64,000 nt of DNA. Source: Carcharhinus longimanus. Lineage: Eukaryota. How positions within the stretch are numbered: position 1 is the stretch's first letter; each line of letters opens with the position of its first letter. The position numbers and the translations under genes are program-made. This document shows positions 27,124-41,160 of the stretch, piece by piece. The stretch lies in assembly GCA_030264375.1 (NCBI GenBank), contig JASCQW010000132.1, positions 82,098,231-82,162,230 of the forward strand, read 5' to 3'. Under the pieces are notes generated by a model. The model saw nothing but the letters and a program-made list of their open reading frames with translations. It had not been told where the DNA came from and did no database searches.

Positions 27124-27645
27124 TTCTATCAACTTTCCTTGCAAGTAATTTCATAATTTCTAACTTGTGCCCTCAGGTATTTCAAAGTTTTTGATGGAGA
27201 TAAATCTCCTGACAAATTCAAATACTAACTTTTCTCTCATTGCTCATCATTTAAATTCCTCATTATTGAAATTTGCTTTCTGAAATCATATTATTGATTC
27301 CTCTCAAGAGCAATGCAATTTTCCTATGAGTAGTTAACAAAAGCAGCACCAAGTACTCTATACAGAGACCATCCATTATGATTTGTGCACTGCTTCTAAT
27401 AATGCAAGTCATTTCACTTTTTAAAAAAAAATGTAATTAGTTTTGGAAGTTGCAGGTTTATCCACAATAGCCTGAAGCACCTTTTTTCTGAAATCAAGAG
27501 GCAGGCAATGAATAGGTTATGTTATTTGACTAACATAACACTGAGGCATGGATTAATAAACCAGGATCCATTACATTTTTAAACTCCACCATGACAGTTT
27601 GAGAATTTGAACAAGTGAAGAAGAAATCCGAAAATATCTTTTAGT

Positions 27646-27757
27646 AATCCTGCCCCCATAGGGCAGGATTCTCTGGCCTCACTCACCCCCGAAACTGGAA
27701 AATCCTGCCCAAGGTCAACCTCAATTCCCACGGCGGGCAAGACAGTAAAATTTGCCT
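27646..27757. repeat. Short inverted-repeat (MITE-like) cluster
   Basis: AATCCTGCCC-CCATA-GGGCAGGATT, then a second AATCCTGCCC at 27701-27710. Confidence 0.55.
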
Positions 27758-28764
27758 CATAATCTTTACCTAGTTCAACACGTGACACACATCTTTCTTT
27801 TTAACTGCCTTCTGAAGTAGTCTAGCGAGTCACTCCGTTATATCAGCCAAATCAGAATCACTAAGTCTAGGTATAAATACCAAAATTGTCCAAAATTTCT
27901 TTTAATGACATTAAGATGGAAATGTCCCATACTTGTTTTGGTTCCTTGTTCTCAGAATAATTTCACTCTTAAATCGAATAGAACGTGATCATTGTTATTC
28001 AATGTGATTCCCATGACCTTAAAGCCTTTGGAATCTGGCTGTATCATTTACACTAACTCCTATCTTGGCATCTTAGGCATAGGTGGAAACTTAACTCACT
28101 ATATTTTTACTCACGGCATTATTAAAAAAGCAAAACCATCCTCAGGGTACATCACTTGGAAATCATAGGATTTCTCATTTTTAAATCAAATTGCATCCTC
28201 TGCCATACTCCACTTCCAAATAAGTTTACTGGATGATCCAGGTACAGAATAATTGTGCTGATCAACTCACTGGGGAGTATGCCATTCTCAACAACACCCA
28301 GTTCAAAATGCTGAAGAGAAAAGGGGCTTGCATCTTCCATGATGGTCACCTTACACCAATTTAAGCTGCCTTGAAATCTGGCAAGGATAGGCTGATTGAC
28401 TGCCCCAGGGAACTGTTTCAAATGCTCCTCCTGGCCCATGAATTAAGTGCCTTGGGCTTACTTCAGACTTTCCTTACAACATCCTCAAGCTTGGTTTGAC
28501 TCTACATCAGCCATTTCCAAGACAATACAATACAACTGCCACCCCTCATCCAACACTGCGACTGTCACCTCACTATTTGAAACGCTGAAACCAGTGTTAC
28601 CACCTTGCTTCAAAGCTAAAATATTCTAATGGGTGCAACACAACTTCCCGTTTATATCCACAAGTTTTCATTTTGTTTAAATCTCATATTTACTAAGACT
28701 GACAGCATAGAAAGGAATTTAAATATCCATTGTAACTATCTACTAAACATTAAGACACACTTAC

Positions 28765-28813
28765 CTCCCACTGCAAGTGAGTGGGTATGTTCCTAATCTG
28801 AAGTTTCCGACTC
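28765..28813 (-). CDS. IGF2BP3: IGF2BP3 coding exon 3 (start of RRM2)
   Basis: TCTTTCTTTCTGCAG acceptor, 49 nt, (R)SRKLQIRNIPTHLQWE, GAG|GTAAGT donor; phase matches exon 2; too short to appear in the ORF track. Confidence 0.94.
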
Positions 28814-30332
28814 CTGCAGAAAGAAAGATAATTTGTAAAATAGAACAAAAGGTTTTTTTTCCTTTAAGTTAAACATCAATGTTTAAATACTTCAAATAGT
28901 TTCCCAACACCTTCCCCAGCTACCCCCCCTGCGCCCCCCCATGACATTAATGCTGCACATCACTGTTCAAGATGGCACTTTATTCAATGGATAAGCCCAA
29001 GGTAACCAGCACCACCAGGATCCAAGCCTCTAAACATTTGTCACTGATGTTCCAGTAGCCCAAAACCCATAAAACCCAGTACGTAAACAGCCAATCTGTA
29101 GTCTTAGCTAGAGATCCGTACAAGCAAAATAGTCATTAATGAAGATTTTAAAAGTCCAAAAGGAAAAGATGAAGTCATTCAGAATAGAAATCAGAAAATA
29201 AAGTACAAGTTCAGATGGCTGCGAAACTCAACTGCTTACTCCAAACCAAAACACAAACTATTATTTGCATCAGTGGTTCTGCACAACTACAGAAATCAAT
29301 TCACACTATTTACTCCTGGACCAAGAACAGTTTGATTAATATAAGTTAAGGGAGGGTGGGGAAGCTCAATCACTGATTCTAAAAATGTTCGAAGAGTCAT
29401 TACTCTAATAGGAGTATGCACATCATTACTTAAAATTTTTAAACATTTTTGATAAAAAAAAACTTTTTGAAATACTTTTTATGAAAAAAACAACACATTT
29501 ATTATCATGACTCAACTTTAAGATCACAGAGTTTTATTATGTANNNNNNNNNNNNNNNNNNNNNNNNNNNNNNNNNNNNNNNNNNNNNNNNNNNNNNNNN
29601 NNNNNNNNNNNNNNNNNNNNNNNNNNNNNNNNNNNNNNNNNNNGTTTCTTTGCATTAGATTTACTTTTTTTTGGGAAGTATTTCTGCCCTATCATGCAAT
29701 TTATTTTTTGAACCAAACTATTTCCAAACCCCCTCTATACTTCTCCAGAATTGCAACTCCCGCCATAAAAATCTGGACTAGTATCAGTGGCAAATGATAT
29801 AATCCAATCTGTTGCACACCAATGCACCTTTCATGCTACTTTTGACAACTGAAAGGACATATTATTTTGTATGTAAAAGGGTTACAATACTAATATTGCT
29901 ATTTAAAAAATGATTCTTACCTAATATAATCCTGCAGAAATTTGTTTTATAAACTATCCTCCATTTCATGATTCATCTGCAACTGATCGGCTCAATGTGC
30001 ACACTTTGGTGATACCAGTTGGGGGCAGGATTGGGAACCTCCACAATGACAGCATGTGAATGCATAAAGCAACACAAAATACATTTTTAGCTATCAAATC
30101 ATTTAGCAATTTTCCCAACTCTAAATACCATGAAAAGCTTATTGAATTTTTGCCTTATTCTGCAACAAGCAGGCGTAAAATTTTAAATTTCTAACTGGAA
30201 TCTGATATGGCGCTTCATTCTAAGAAAGCCTTATTGAAGCCAATTAAACCATTTTCAATACAGTTTAAAAACCAGTCTCAGTCTGGGCTAACATTAGTCA
30301 ATTGAAATTTCTCTTGTGGAAGTTGCAGGGAA

Positions 30333-30369
30333 AAGAGAGAGAGAGAGAGAAAGAAAAGGAAAGAGAGAG
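30333..30369. repeat. (GA)n / purine tract
   Basis: AGAGAGAGAGAGAGAGAAAGAAAAGGAAAGAGAGAG. Confidence 0.8.
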
Positions 30370-32139
30370 TGTGTTTCATTGGAAGCAGGAGAGGGGATAA
30401 AATGGTTTTAGTGATATGCAATATTATCTAATCTTAAAAACATTTAAACAACTCACATACACTAATAGTAGAATTTGAAACTCAATAATGGATGTCAATA
30501 TCTTTTAAAAATATTTCAATTAACAAGCAATAAATTACAACTTCCTGAAAAATTCTAATTTTCCCTAAATAAATTTGGTTAACAGCAAACCCAAATGAAT
30601 ATTAACTGTTGAGAAATTATGGTTCCAATTTCAGAAAAAGCGCTGAAAGTATTACAAATGTTTAAATGAACTTCTTACACAAACAAAATGTCTTTTTAAA
30701 GAGCAAAAAAATTAAAAATTTCACGTTAGGTTGTAGAAGGACCAATATTAGAAACTCATCACAGTCAAGTGTCAAAACATGTAAAGGTGACAGAGACCTT
30801 CGTTATTTTGAAACAAGAAAAAGGTGACAACAACTCACTATTTAAACCTTTTGAAACACTGTTTTCTTCAAAATGTTTGATACAATTCAGAACAATTAAG
30901 CATTTTACTGATAGCCATTGTCTAGGTAGGATTTTTCAATAGTTCAATGGTATCATAAAATCAAGTGTCATTAAATGAAAAGTTGGTCAGCATTTGAAGG
31001 AGAAACTAACTTTTTTTAAAAAAGGGAGATCTTTGCTCAGAACCAGAAAACATTGAAGCATTAGAAATGCCCCTATCCTTAACATTCCAAAAGATGCTAC
31101 CCAAAATACAAATTGGAAAGGGATGGATGTATTCTCCACCATGTGCTCTGATGTTTTCCACAATCATGAACCTGACAACAAAAGACATTATATGGATGGG
31201 AAGCTGCCTAGTGAGTTGAGTGTACTGGGAATATAAAAGGCGGCAGAAGAAAACAGACCACTGAATCATGCACCTTCTCAGTTCAGTGTTTGTCTCTGCT
31301 GCATTTGCTGCAGATAAAATCATGCCAAAGTTGATAGTCTCAATACAGAGGCACTGGAGTTGGTCAGAACGGCGCAAACCATCATCTCATGAAAAGGCTG
31401 CCAAATAGCAAGGAAATGGTGGAAACACAACTGACAAATGCCCCACATGGTATTTCCATCTTTTATCATCTTTATTATAGGAATGGAAAAGGCTACAATC
31501 TATCATTTCCCCAAATTTGGGCATTTAAATTTATCCAAGCAGTTGAAGAAAACCAAAACATCTAGCTAATTTTGCTGTGCAATTAGTTGAATCTCTCAGA
31601 TAAGATTTGATTTCCTGAATATCAGCGACACTTCATATTGTTCATATCAAAAGTGAGAAAAGCAACTAAGTTCTGGTAATAATATTCAATTATTTTCCAA
31701 CATATCTGGGGTTTACCAAAGCTTCCATCATGTCAATCTGAAGTATTAGAGTACATAAACCAAGACATTGATTTCTTACAACTTGTAGAAATTACATTAG
31801 TAAAGGAGGCTTTCTTAAATCAGCTTTTCAACTGGATCACCAGAAAGCTAAAAGCCCACCTGTAATGTTTTGCCTCTTATAAAAGGACAGCTTTACACCA
31901 TGCATTTTAAAAACAAACTGCACTAAAAAGTGGATAAACCAGATTCTTTTGTGCAAAGTAGATGTAAACTAAGTTTAAAAAGGTTGGCACCTAGCATTAC
32001 AAATGTCAACTTCATTTGCAATCGTCAAAATCAAAAGTGAATCAGTTCCTGAACCAGCAAACCGTAGGACAATCTGGTATTGATAGCTTTTCATGGCTGT
32101 GAATAAATTGTCAACACGAGATCATTTGTTTTTGAAAAG

Positions 32140-32720
32140 TTCATGCTTGGGTATGGGCATCACTAAAGCAGCCAGCAGTTATTGATGATCACCTGAAGCT
32201 TTCGGTGAGGTAGTAGTGAGCTTTCTTGGGCAACTACAGGCAAGTGCTGAAGGTATTCCCCCATCGTACTCCATGATTTTGGCCCAGGAACAAAAGGAGG
32301 AATGTTGATAATTGGGTGATGTTGCCCCTGTGCATTGTGCACACTGCAGTCACAGTGCAGTGGTGGAGGGATTGAGTATGCAAAGTGATGGTCAAACTAC
32401 CCAATCAAGCAGATTGTGCTGTTTCATCACGGTTGGTACCAAACTGGAATATTGTTGAAGCAGCACTGATCCAAGCAAAGTGAAGAATATTCTATTAAGC
32501 CCTTGTCTCTGGATGGTGGGAATTGACCTTTTGCGGAGCCAAAAGGTCAATTTCCCCTCTCAGAATACCCAGGCTATGATCTGGTACTGACTTACGCAGC
32601 TGATTCAATTTCTGATTCATGGCATCCTCCAAGATGCTGATGGTGAGGTACTAGATAATGGCAATACTACTGCATCAAAGGGAGGTGGTTAGACTCTGAG
32701 AATTGGCACTCAAGCAGCCA
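32140..32720 (-). mobile_element. LINE 3'-end family copy (CR1-group), degraded
   Basis: Homologous to 6470-6890 and 15765-16230. Confidence 0.55.
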
Positions 32721-33015
32721 TCATAGAACAGTACAGGCCCTTTGGCCCTTGATGTTGTGCCAAGTTATGTCTGAACCCAAGATCAAGCTATCCCACTCCC
32801 CATCATTCTGGTGTGTTCCATGTGCCTATCCAATAACTGCTTGCAAGTTCCTAAAGTGTTCAACCCCACTATCACAGCAGGCAGTGCATTCCATACCCCA
32901 ACCACTGAGTAAAGATATCTACCACAGACATCCCTCCTATATTTCTCACTATGAACCTTAAAGTTACGCCCCCTAGTAACAGCTACATACACCCAAGGAA
33001 ATAGTCTCTGCAAGT
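32721..33015 (-). mobile_element. CR1 3' fragment
   Basis: TRGRNFKV..RRDV..VVGVWNALPA..KQLLDRHM CR1 C-terminus. Confidence 0.8.
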
Positions 33016-33544
33016 CCAGGTCTTGCAACAAGCAGGCTTTTCTGACAGTTTGAGAAAGTGCACTGCAAATCATTAGCAAACACCCTCACTTATTTTCTTA
33101 ACCATACAGGATAGATTGTTTTAGTGTCAGTCAGTTATGACTTTTGTAAAAATCAATCTGTACAAATGCCTACAATGATACAAAATTTCTTTAAAAATTT
33201 GATTATATTAGCATTAGAAGACGACCATTCAATGCCAAAATCTTCTTCCACAAGTACAACTTGGGCTACCTCCAGAAAACATAAAATCCAACTACAATCA
33301 CAAACCACAGCACTTGTATGTGGTATCACATGTATTGTCTCAGAAACAATGTATACACAATAATAGGTACACAACTTGAAAATACGTTAGCAGATTTTGT
33401 CAAGGGTTGACTTGTTTCCAAAAAGTACCGTCAGTCAAGCACCTGATATCTGCTGTGGGAAAATACAGCACTATGGAACTATTCATCAAGACACTCAGGA
33501 AGCTTCCAATTTCCCACATGGCCAGCCCATCCCTAGATCAACAT

Positions 33545-34560
33545 GTGTTATTATAAATTGTTTAGAAGCTTATTAAAGCCATTAAACCCAAAATGATCCA
33601 TTATTTCCTATCAGAAGTGTTCAGAGAATTCATTTTGTTAGGAATACACATCTCCAAGAACTCTTTTTAAAAGTTGGATGGACATGGAATTAACCTGGAC
33701 TTTTTTTTATAAAAAGGTTACAAGTTCACCTTGGACCGTGAGCAAGTTCCTTCTTTGAAGAAATCACATGACTAACTAAATGACCAGCAATTCCTGACTA
33801 ATTGTTTACTTGACTTAATTGCTGGTTTACACACAAAAAAAAGCTGTTTGTTTTCAGGCTGTAAACCCCTGTTTTTCTGGAAAAACACCTGACCAGACTT
33901 CTGTTTAAACAGGTTTTTTGTAGTCGAGTTTTGGGAACAAACCAGAAATCTCTCTCCCTTTGTTTTGCACGGAGTTCAGCGATGGTGTCCATCTCCAGAA
34001 AACCTCTCACCTCAGCGTGGCTCATCTGTATTCAGAAGCCTGAGAAGTCACAATAAAAGAACATTCCCAAGAACAGGGATATCCTGAAAGTCCCTTGGAA
34101 AGAACTTTCAGACAGCACCGTGATCAATGAGCCAGCAAATGCAGAAGCATCAGATTGACCATATCCAAACCCTTCAAATTTTATCCTTTTTCATCAATTA
34201 CTCCACCAGGAAAAGCTCCTCCTCATACCAACTTCTGCATAGGCCCTTTTTGTTTGTCCTTTGTTCATGTGTGCGCATGCATCTGTGCGCATGCATGTTG
34301 GGATTTAAAGAGGTACATAGTTACGCTTCTGGATTACAGATTGCATGTTCACCAGTTTTTGCAACTTGTTTCAGAAAAAAAAGTTCACTACATCATAAAA
34401 TCATTGAGTTTTTGTTGGAAGAAGCATACTTAATGTCTTTTACTCTGGGTCACACTGCGGCCAAGGCAAACAATTAGCCATTTTGATGAGTGAATTTAAC
34501 ATTTACCCTAATGGTGCGACCTGTGGATTAGTAAAAACTGCGCACTTCTCCCATTCCAGC
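33545..34560 (+). mobile_element. Possible degraded solo LTR
   Basis: Layout similar to 11052-11884 with a GGTGCGACCTGTGGA end region; termini unclear. Confidence 0.3.
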
Positions 34561-35235
34561 TTTTATGTATACATTTTGTAATTGGCATATAAACTGCTTC
34601 CAACTAAAAGTGATAAAGAACTTTTATTATACAACCAACACTGAATTAGCAATTCCAGGCAAATAAAGACAAAAATCAAGAAACATGGCGATAGCTTATA
34701 CACAAAAATCACACAACAAGAGCAATCTGCAGCTGATATTTTCCATTTCAGAATCAGTTCTTTAACCACATTTACAGAACTAAAAAACCTCTTTAATCCC
34801 AACAGTTTAGAACATTTAAAAGTTGAAACACAAGTTTGGCTAAATTAGAAAATACTGAAAGCAAAAAACAGGATTCAAGACTTGTAAAATATTCTGTCAT
34901 GCTGAACAGAAAACCTTCAATATACATTGTAAATAACAAGAAATGTAAATATAGGTCACATTATTTGAAGAGTTCAAGTCTAGGTGGTATAAAGCACTGC
35001 AGCATATAAACACAATCATTAAAAATGTTCAAAATACAAATACGACTATCTCTGACTGTCACATGACTCTGAACACCCAGTCATTTATTTCTCCAACCCA
35101 CCATTTCCTCAGTTTCAGGTTTTTTTTACACACTATTCCCAGAAAGATCAAAACAGCACTTTCTTTCCAATTAGAAACCTTGCAATCTTCTGGTGATGGT
35201 ACTGATTTTTGGACTAAACCTACTACTTTCTATTC

Positions 35236-35610
35236 AGAAATTTTGGCAATGTACAGGGCACTGGTGAGGCCGCAGCTGGAGTACTGTGTGCAGTTTTGGT
35301 CGCCGCACTTACGCAAGGATATTTTGNNNNNNNNNNNNNNNNNNNNNNNNNNNNNNNNNNNNNNNNNNNNNNNNNNNNNNNNNNNNNNNNNNNNNNNNNN
35401 NNNNNNNNNNNNNNNNNNNNNNNNNNGTGGAGGCTGCCTCGCTAAATATTTTTAAGACGCGGGTTGATAGGTTTTTGATAGGCAAGGGGATTAAGGGTTA
35501 TGGTGGGAGGGCGGGAATGTGGAACTGAGACACGACAGATCACCCATGATCTTACTGAATGGCGGGGCAGGCTCGAAGGGCTAGGTGGCCTACTCCTATT
35601 TCTTATGTTC
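35236..35610 (+). mobile_element. Young CR1 3' fragment (contains N gap)
   Basis: [26 protein letters not shown]; CpGs retained; tail CCTACTCCTATTTCTTATGTTC. Confidence 0.88.
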
Positions 35611-36809
35611 AATGTAAATGGGAAAGGGAAAATGTTTGGTTGGTGCTTTACCTTGGGGACTCAGCACTACTCTGGTGAGCTGCTCGCCATCCTTGGCATT
35701 GATTTATATTCTTCTACCAGATTCCAGGGCCATTGGAGCTTTCTCCGCCAGTTTACCCGTATCCACCTATATACCGAGTGTTCCTTTTTAGCTACTAATA
35801 TGCTGTTCTGTTTCCTACTAAACATGTTACAGCCAAGGGCACGTGTGATTTCTCTTCAATGTTACTCATTTGTTATATTCTTCAGTTCTGATGGAGTTAT
35901 ACCTGAAATATTAATTTGATGTTCTCTCCAAAGATGCTATCCACTAAGTGCTTCCAGAGTTTCCTACTTCTTTTCATATACTTAGAATGTGAAGTACTTC
36001 GCCTTTTCTTCTGCATATACAAAGGAACCCTGTTCTACAGCCATCCTTGTTTTGATTGCATCAATTTCAAATACAACATTCAAGTAAGCCAAGAATGCTC
36101 AGTGATGTAGCAAATTCTTTGTAACAGTTAACTTAGAAAACGCATTATATCTTCAGTTTGCAAATTGTTCAAGTTAGAAAAGCTGTAATTGGAAGTTTGG
36201 AGCTAACCGATTACCAATATGTATTTCCCATTAACTGAAATTTCTTTTTAAAAGAAATTCAAAATGCAAAAANNNNNNNNNNNNNNNNNNNNNNNNNNNN
36301 NNNNNNNNNNNNNNNNNNNNNNNNNNNNNNNNNNNNNNNNNNNNNNNNNNNNNNNNNNNNNNNNNNNNNNNNNNNNNNNNNNNNNNNNNNNNNNNNNNNN
36401 NNNNNNNNNNNNNNNNNNNNNNNNNNNNATTTATGGAATCAGCTGCTGCAATCTTTTCAGGTACAGCATTTCATAGCATGTGCTATGTCTTTATAAACCC
36501 AGGTAACACACACCATCAAGGTCTCCCTACTCATCTAAGCTTTAGAAAGTTGTGTCAATTATATTGTATTGTCTTCCCATTGTTATAGCTGAACAAGTCA
36601 GATCCCAGAACAAAACCTGGTTTGACAGATCCCAATTTCTTTTTAGAAACAATGGAGGGCAGTTACTGAACACGGTCACAGGAGTATGCTCATGCACTTT
36701 CAACACAAAATGTTTATTAAAGGAAAACTATATTATTCTAGATAAAAGGTTGGAAAGACTTTAATATGAACACCAGTAGTCCTTCGCCAAACTGTATAGT
36801 TTTACAGAT

Positions 36810-37870
36810 GCATATGAACAAGCAGCTGGAGGCAGATATTCAGGCACTACCCTCCCCCCCCAACCCCAAAGGCAATGGCTGATCTGATAAGTTATTTGGA
36901 GTAGATTACTATTACCCCCTTACTTTCAAAAGGTTCTTGCTTAATAATATTCAAAGATTCGACTTATACTTTTCACCCACCTCTCCAAAGTTCCAAAGAC
37001 TCACAACCCTCAAAAAATTTTCATCTGTTGTAAATGGCTGACCCGCTTAATACTGGATTCTCCCACAAGAGGAAATAACCTTTCCACGTCCATCCTGTCA
37101 CCCTGACAAGACCTTTCAGGAAAGGTTTTGATTAAGTTGCATCTAACTCTACTAAACGCCAGTGGGCACAAGTCTAGCTGGTTCTTCACTTTCTTCATAA
37201 GATAATACACTCATTCCAGATATTAGTCAGGTAAACCTTCCCTGAACCACTTCCAATGCATTTACATCCTTCCTTAAAATAAGGTGACCAATATTTTACA
37301 CAATACTCCATAAGGTCTTGCTGGTGCTCTGTACAACTTAAACAATCTTGCTACTTTTATAATTAATTCCCCTCACAATAACATTCTATTAACTTTCCTA
37401 CTTACTTGCTGAACCTGCATACAAGCCTTTTGCAGTTCATGCACTAAGACACCCAGGTCCCACTGCATCTTCCAGCTCTGCAATCTCTCATTTAGATGAC
37501 ACTTTTTATTCTTCTTCCCAAAATGAACAATTTCACATTCTCCCATATTCCACTCACGTGTCTTTTTATAGCCCCATGTCTCATTCACAACATGCTTTCC
37601 TACCAATCTTTGTGCCATCAGCAAATTTTGCAACCATCCCATCCATCCTTTCATCGAAGTTAATTATACAAGTTGTAAACAGTTGAGGTCCCTGTGGCAC
37701 ACCATTTGGTACATCTTGCCAACCTGAAAAAGACATTTATGCCTACTCTACTTCCTGTTAGCCAGCCAATCCTCATGAGCTTTTATCTTCCACAATAGTT
37801 GTGTAGCTTTTGATGTGGCACTTTACCAAATGCCCGTGGAAAATCTAAGTTAATACATCCATTAGTTCCC
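36810..37870 (-). mobile_element. CR1 remnant
   Basis: CEIVHFGKKN, DLGVLVH, KVNRML and ERLFPLVGES motifs. Confidence 0.8.
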
Positions 37871-37877
37871 CTTTATG

Positions 37878-40600
37878 TTGTTTTTTCAAACCTTCATTTA
37901 TTGGTTTTTACAGAAAGGTACATCATAAAATACAGGCAAAGAAAAAGTTCAAACAAACAAGAGGTGAAGACAGAAACAAATAAACTGAATTATTCAACTC
38001 AGGAAACAACTGCCAAAATGACAATAGATTGCTAGATGGAATTAAATTTTTGTAAACTGATCTGCGCAGTGTATTTAATCTTTTCAATTTCAAGAAATAT
38101 CATCTTCTTGACCCACTGCAAGTGGGGAGCCACTGACTTGTGTGCAAACAATGAAGCAAAAGGCCAAGACATCTGACTGGTGGTGATTTACAGGCATCTC
38201 ATCAGGGATTATCCCAGAAGTATGAATAATAGGGTTAATCTCAATGGATGTGCCACATATATGAAAATGTTGAAAATCAAGGTTGGAGTGTCAAGTTTGT
38301 CAAAAAATGAAAGCAAGAATTGTCTGCAGCCTCTGAGGAATACATAGTAGAATAGAATGTTTTAAATTGACTGTTTATATATGTGTGATCTCATGCAGAA
38401 GTACCAGATTCAGTGCAAACCTCCGTGGTCAGATCAAAGGCCAAATGACTTGAAGTTGTTGGGAAAGTAGTTTGCTGGCTTTTTCCACCATGCTCACAAG
38501 ACTGTCGTCTTGATTTCAGAATAATTTGTTCAGCTTAGTTTGTGGATAAAAGATAAGGAAAGATTCGATTTACAGACAGAATTTAAAGTTCAGAAGTTGG
38601 AGCAGTGGTGTACGCCAAACTGGTCAATTTGGAGTACAAGGTCAACAAGTTCAGTTAGGCAATTTGAGTGCTGCGCGTTGACTCTTGCAGTGTACGAAAT
38701 AATCTGACCACTATATAAATCTTAAATGCTTCCCAAATAGTGGATACAGTTACATCAGGGGTCATATTGACATCCAAGAACAAATCAAATGAGGAGATAA
38801 ACTTAATAAATTCTTCAGAGTGAAGAACAGACTAAAATACTGAGGGGGGGGGGGGGTACATTTTAAGGAAACATCAATCGGAGGCATGGTCAGATATAAC
38901 AATGCTATAATAGTCACTGCAGTCTAAAGGCAAAGGTTTAACTATCCAAAATTAAAATGTCTATTCTCGATTAAGAATGATGAACTGGTGAGAAAAAAAA
39001 CAATAATCTGTAACTTTCTAGAAAGGAGTTACCAAAAGCTGTCACAGAACAAAGCACGAGCCAGTTTTAGAAGTCAAGAGAATGATTTAAAATGCAATTT
39101 AAGTCCCCATTGAGAATCAGATGACAATTGTGCAAAAGAAATAAAATTGCTGAATTACCAAGCATCATCCCAATTAGATGACTACCGGTTGACCAGAATT
39201 ATTCATTTACTAAATAAACTACCAGATACAATCTGCTGTGCAAAGAGACAAATGGTATATTAACAAATCAAAATTGTAGCCCTGTGATTTATAAAGAAAG
39301 ACTTGCCCCAGGCATCCCTTCCTGAGTCGAAAAAGTGTTCTAAAAGTGTGCAAATGGGTTTCAAGAAAAGCAATGCTTTTGTATGAGAAAATGCCTTCCT
39401 GCATTTCACAGGGCAAATCAGCCTTTTTACATTTCAATTAACAACATTTGTAGAAACTTTGGACACATCGGATAAAATTTCTTTAGAGTCATTACACAAA
39501 GGAAAATGAACTGACCAGACTGAGACAACCAAGTTGGAACAAATGACAAACCAACAGCCTTCATTTAAAAAGAGCAACCACAGAAAGGAGAAAAGAACAA
39601 AAATAGAAAAAGAAAGTCCCCAACATCAGTCTCTCTCCCTACCCCCCACCAAAGGCTGCACCCAGTCCCTCTCTTCTAAAGAGGGATGTGAACATAGGGA
39701 TAATTCAGAAGAACTTGTGTCCAAAACCCTACCAGAGGTGAAATAAAACGCAAGAGTCATTCCCAGCTACAAATACCAAAGAGCCCAACGATACTTTGTG
39801 GCAATTTTAATTGTTATCACAAAAAAAATCATAATCAAAGACCTTCAAACTTCGCAATCACTATTAATATCGTACTACCATCAAGTGTTCAACATTAGTA
39901 ATGCACAATGGGCAGCTGTAGAACCGAGAAAAGGTTTCTCAGCTGAAATCCAATGGAATGTTGACATACATTGCAGCCCATTAAACTCAGACAGTCAACC
40001 AGTAACATGTTTCACATAATAGTCTTTTTTGGGATCAAGGAATATTTTCTGAACATTGTTGCGATCAGCGACCTTTAACCTAGCAGGATAGAACAGGCCA
40101 AATTTTGCTCTTGGGCCTAGGCTTTGAGACTCCACAAAGGCAGCTCTTTTCTTGGCTACTGCTGCAGCAAAATCCATAAAAGTAACAATTCAGTTGCCTT
40201 TGCAGAGCAGGGTACCCCGTCTCAACAGCTGCAGAATTCTTCCTTGAAGTGATAGTAATGGAATTCAATAACGAAAGGCCATGGCCTCAGCATAGTTTTC
40301 GGCTTGGATTGCAGGCTGTGGTGAGAGCTGTCTAGCAGCAACATCTCAGGCAAGTCCAGCACATCTTTCAGTAGCTGTGCCACAAATTTGGTAGTGCAGA
40401 GGCCCTCAGTTCTCCACACCCAAAAATCCTCAAATTGAATTTCCTTGATCTTGCTTCAAGGTCTTTGGTCTAAGGTGTTGTTACTGCAGGTCTCAAGCTG
40501 CAGCACTCTGTCCGAATACTCAAGACCAGAAAGGCACTCCCCATGTGCAACACAAACAGCACTGATCGAGTTGATGGCGGTCAGTAGCTTCTCTCGACAT
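37878..40600 (-). mobile_element. Degraded L1/Tx1-clade LINE (ORF1 and ORF2 remnants)
   Basis: ORF1-like pieces FGLFYPARLKV and LLLDSSHHSLQSKP..RPWPFVIEFHYYHFKEE; ORF2-like STIWEAFK near 38725-38750; AATAAA plus A-rich end near 37880-37901. Confidence 0.65.
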
Positions 40601-40604
40601 CCAT

Positions 40605-41160
40605 CCTGTCATCCCTTCAGGATGTTATACGTCTTAACCAAGTCACTGCTTACTCTTCAAAACTACAGCAGATACAAGCCTAGCCTGTCCAACCTTTCCT
40701 CAAAATAACTTGCCATTTCTAAAATTGATCTTTACCTGCATACCAACTTTGTGATTCATGTTTAGGATACCAGATCTCTCTTCGTTTAGATAATGTGCTT
40801 TTATTCTTCATGCCAAAATGGTCAACTTCATATTTTCCCACATTATACTCCATTTGCCAGAACTTTGCCCACTCCTTTTGTAGCCTTCATATATCCTCTT
40901 CACACCTTACGTTCTTATCTTTGTCTCATCAGCAAATTTGCAGCCGTCAGCCAAATCGTTTATATAAATTGTAAAAGGTTGACGCCCCAGGATTGATCCC
41001 TGTGCCATGTCACTGGTCACATCCCTTCAACCAGAAAATGAACCATTTATGCCTGTTTCCTGTCAGCTAGCCCATCTTCTATTCATGCCGATGTTAACTG
41101 CTACACGATCTTTTATCTTCCACAATAAAATGTGTTGTGGCACCTCAAATGCCAGCATGT
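40605..41160 (-). mobile_element. CR1 remnant
   Basis: Homologous to the 36810-37870 copy. Confidence 0.6.

Noticed and set aside
1-28700. IGF2BP3 exon 4 (VLDxLLxQYGxVExCEQ)
   Set aside because: Searched by eye on the minus strand and not found; likely outside the window or in a gap.
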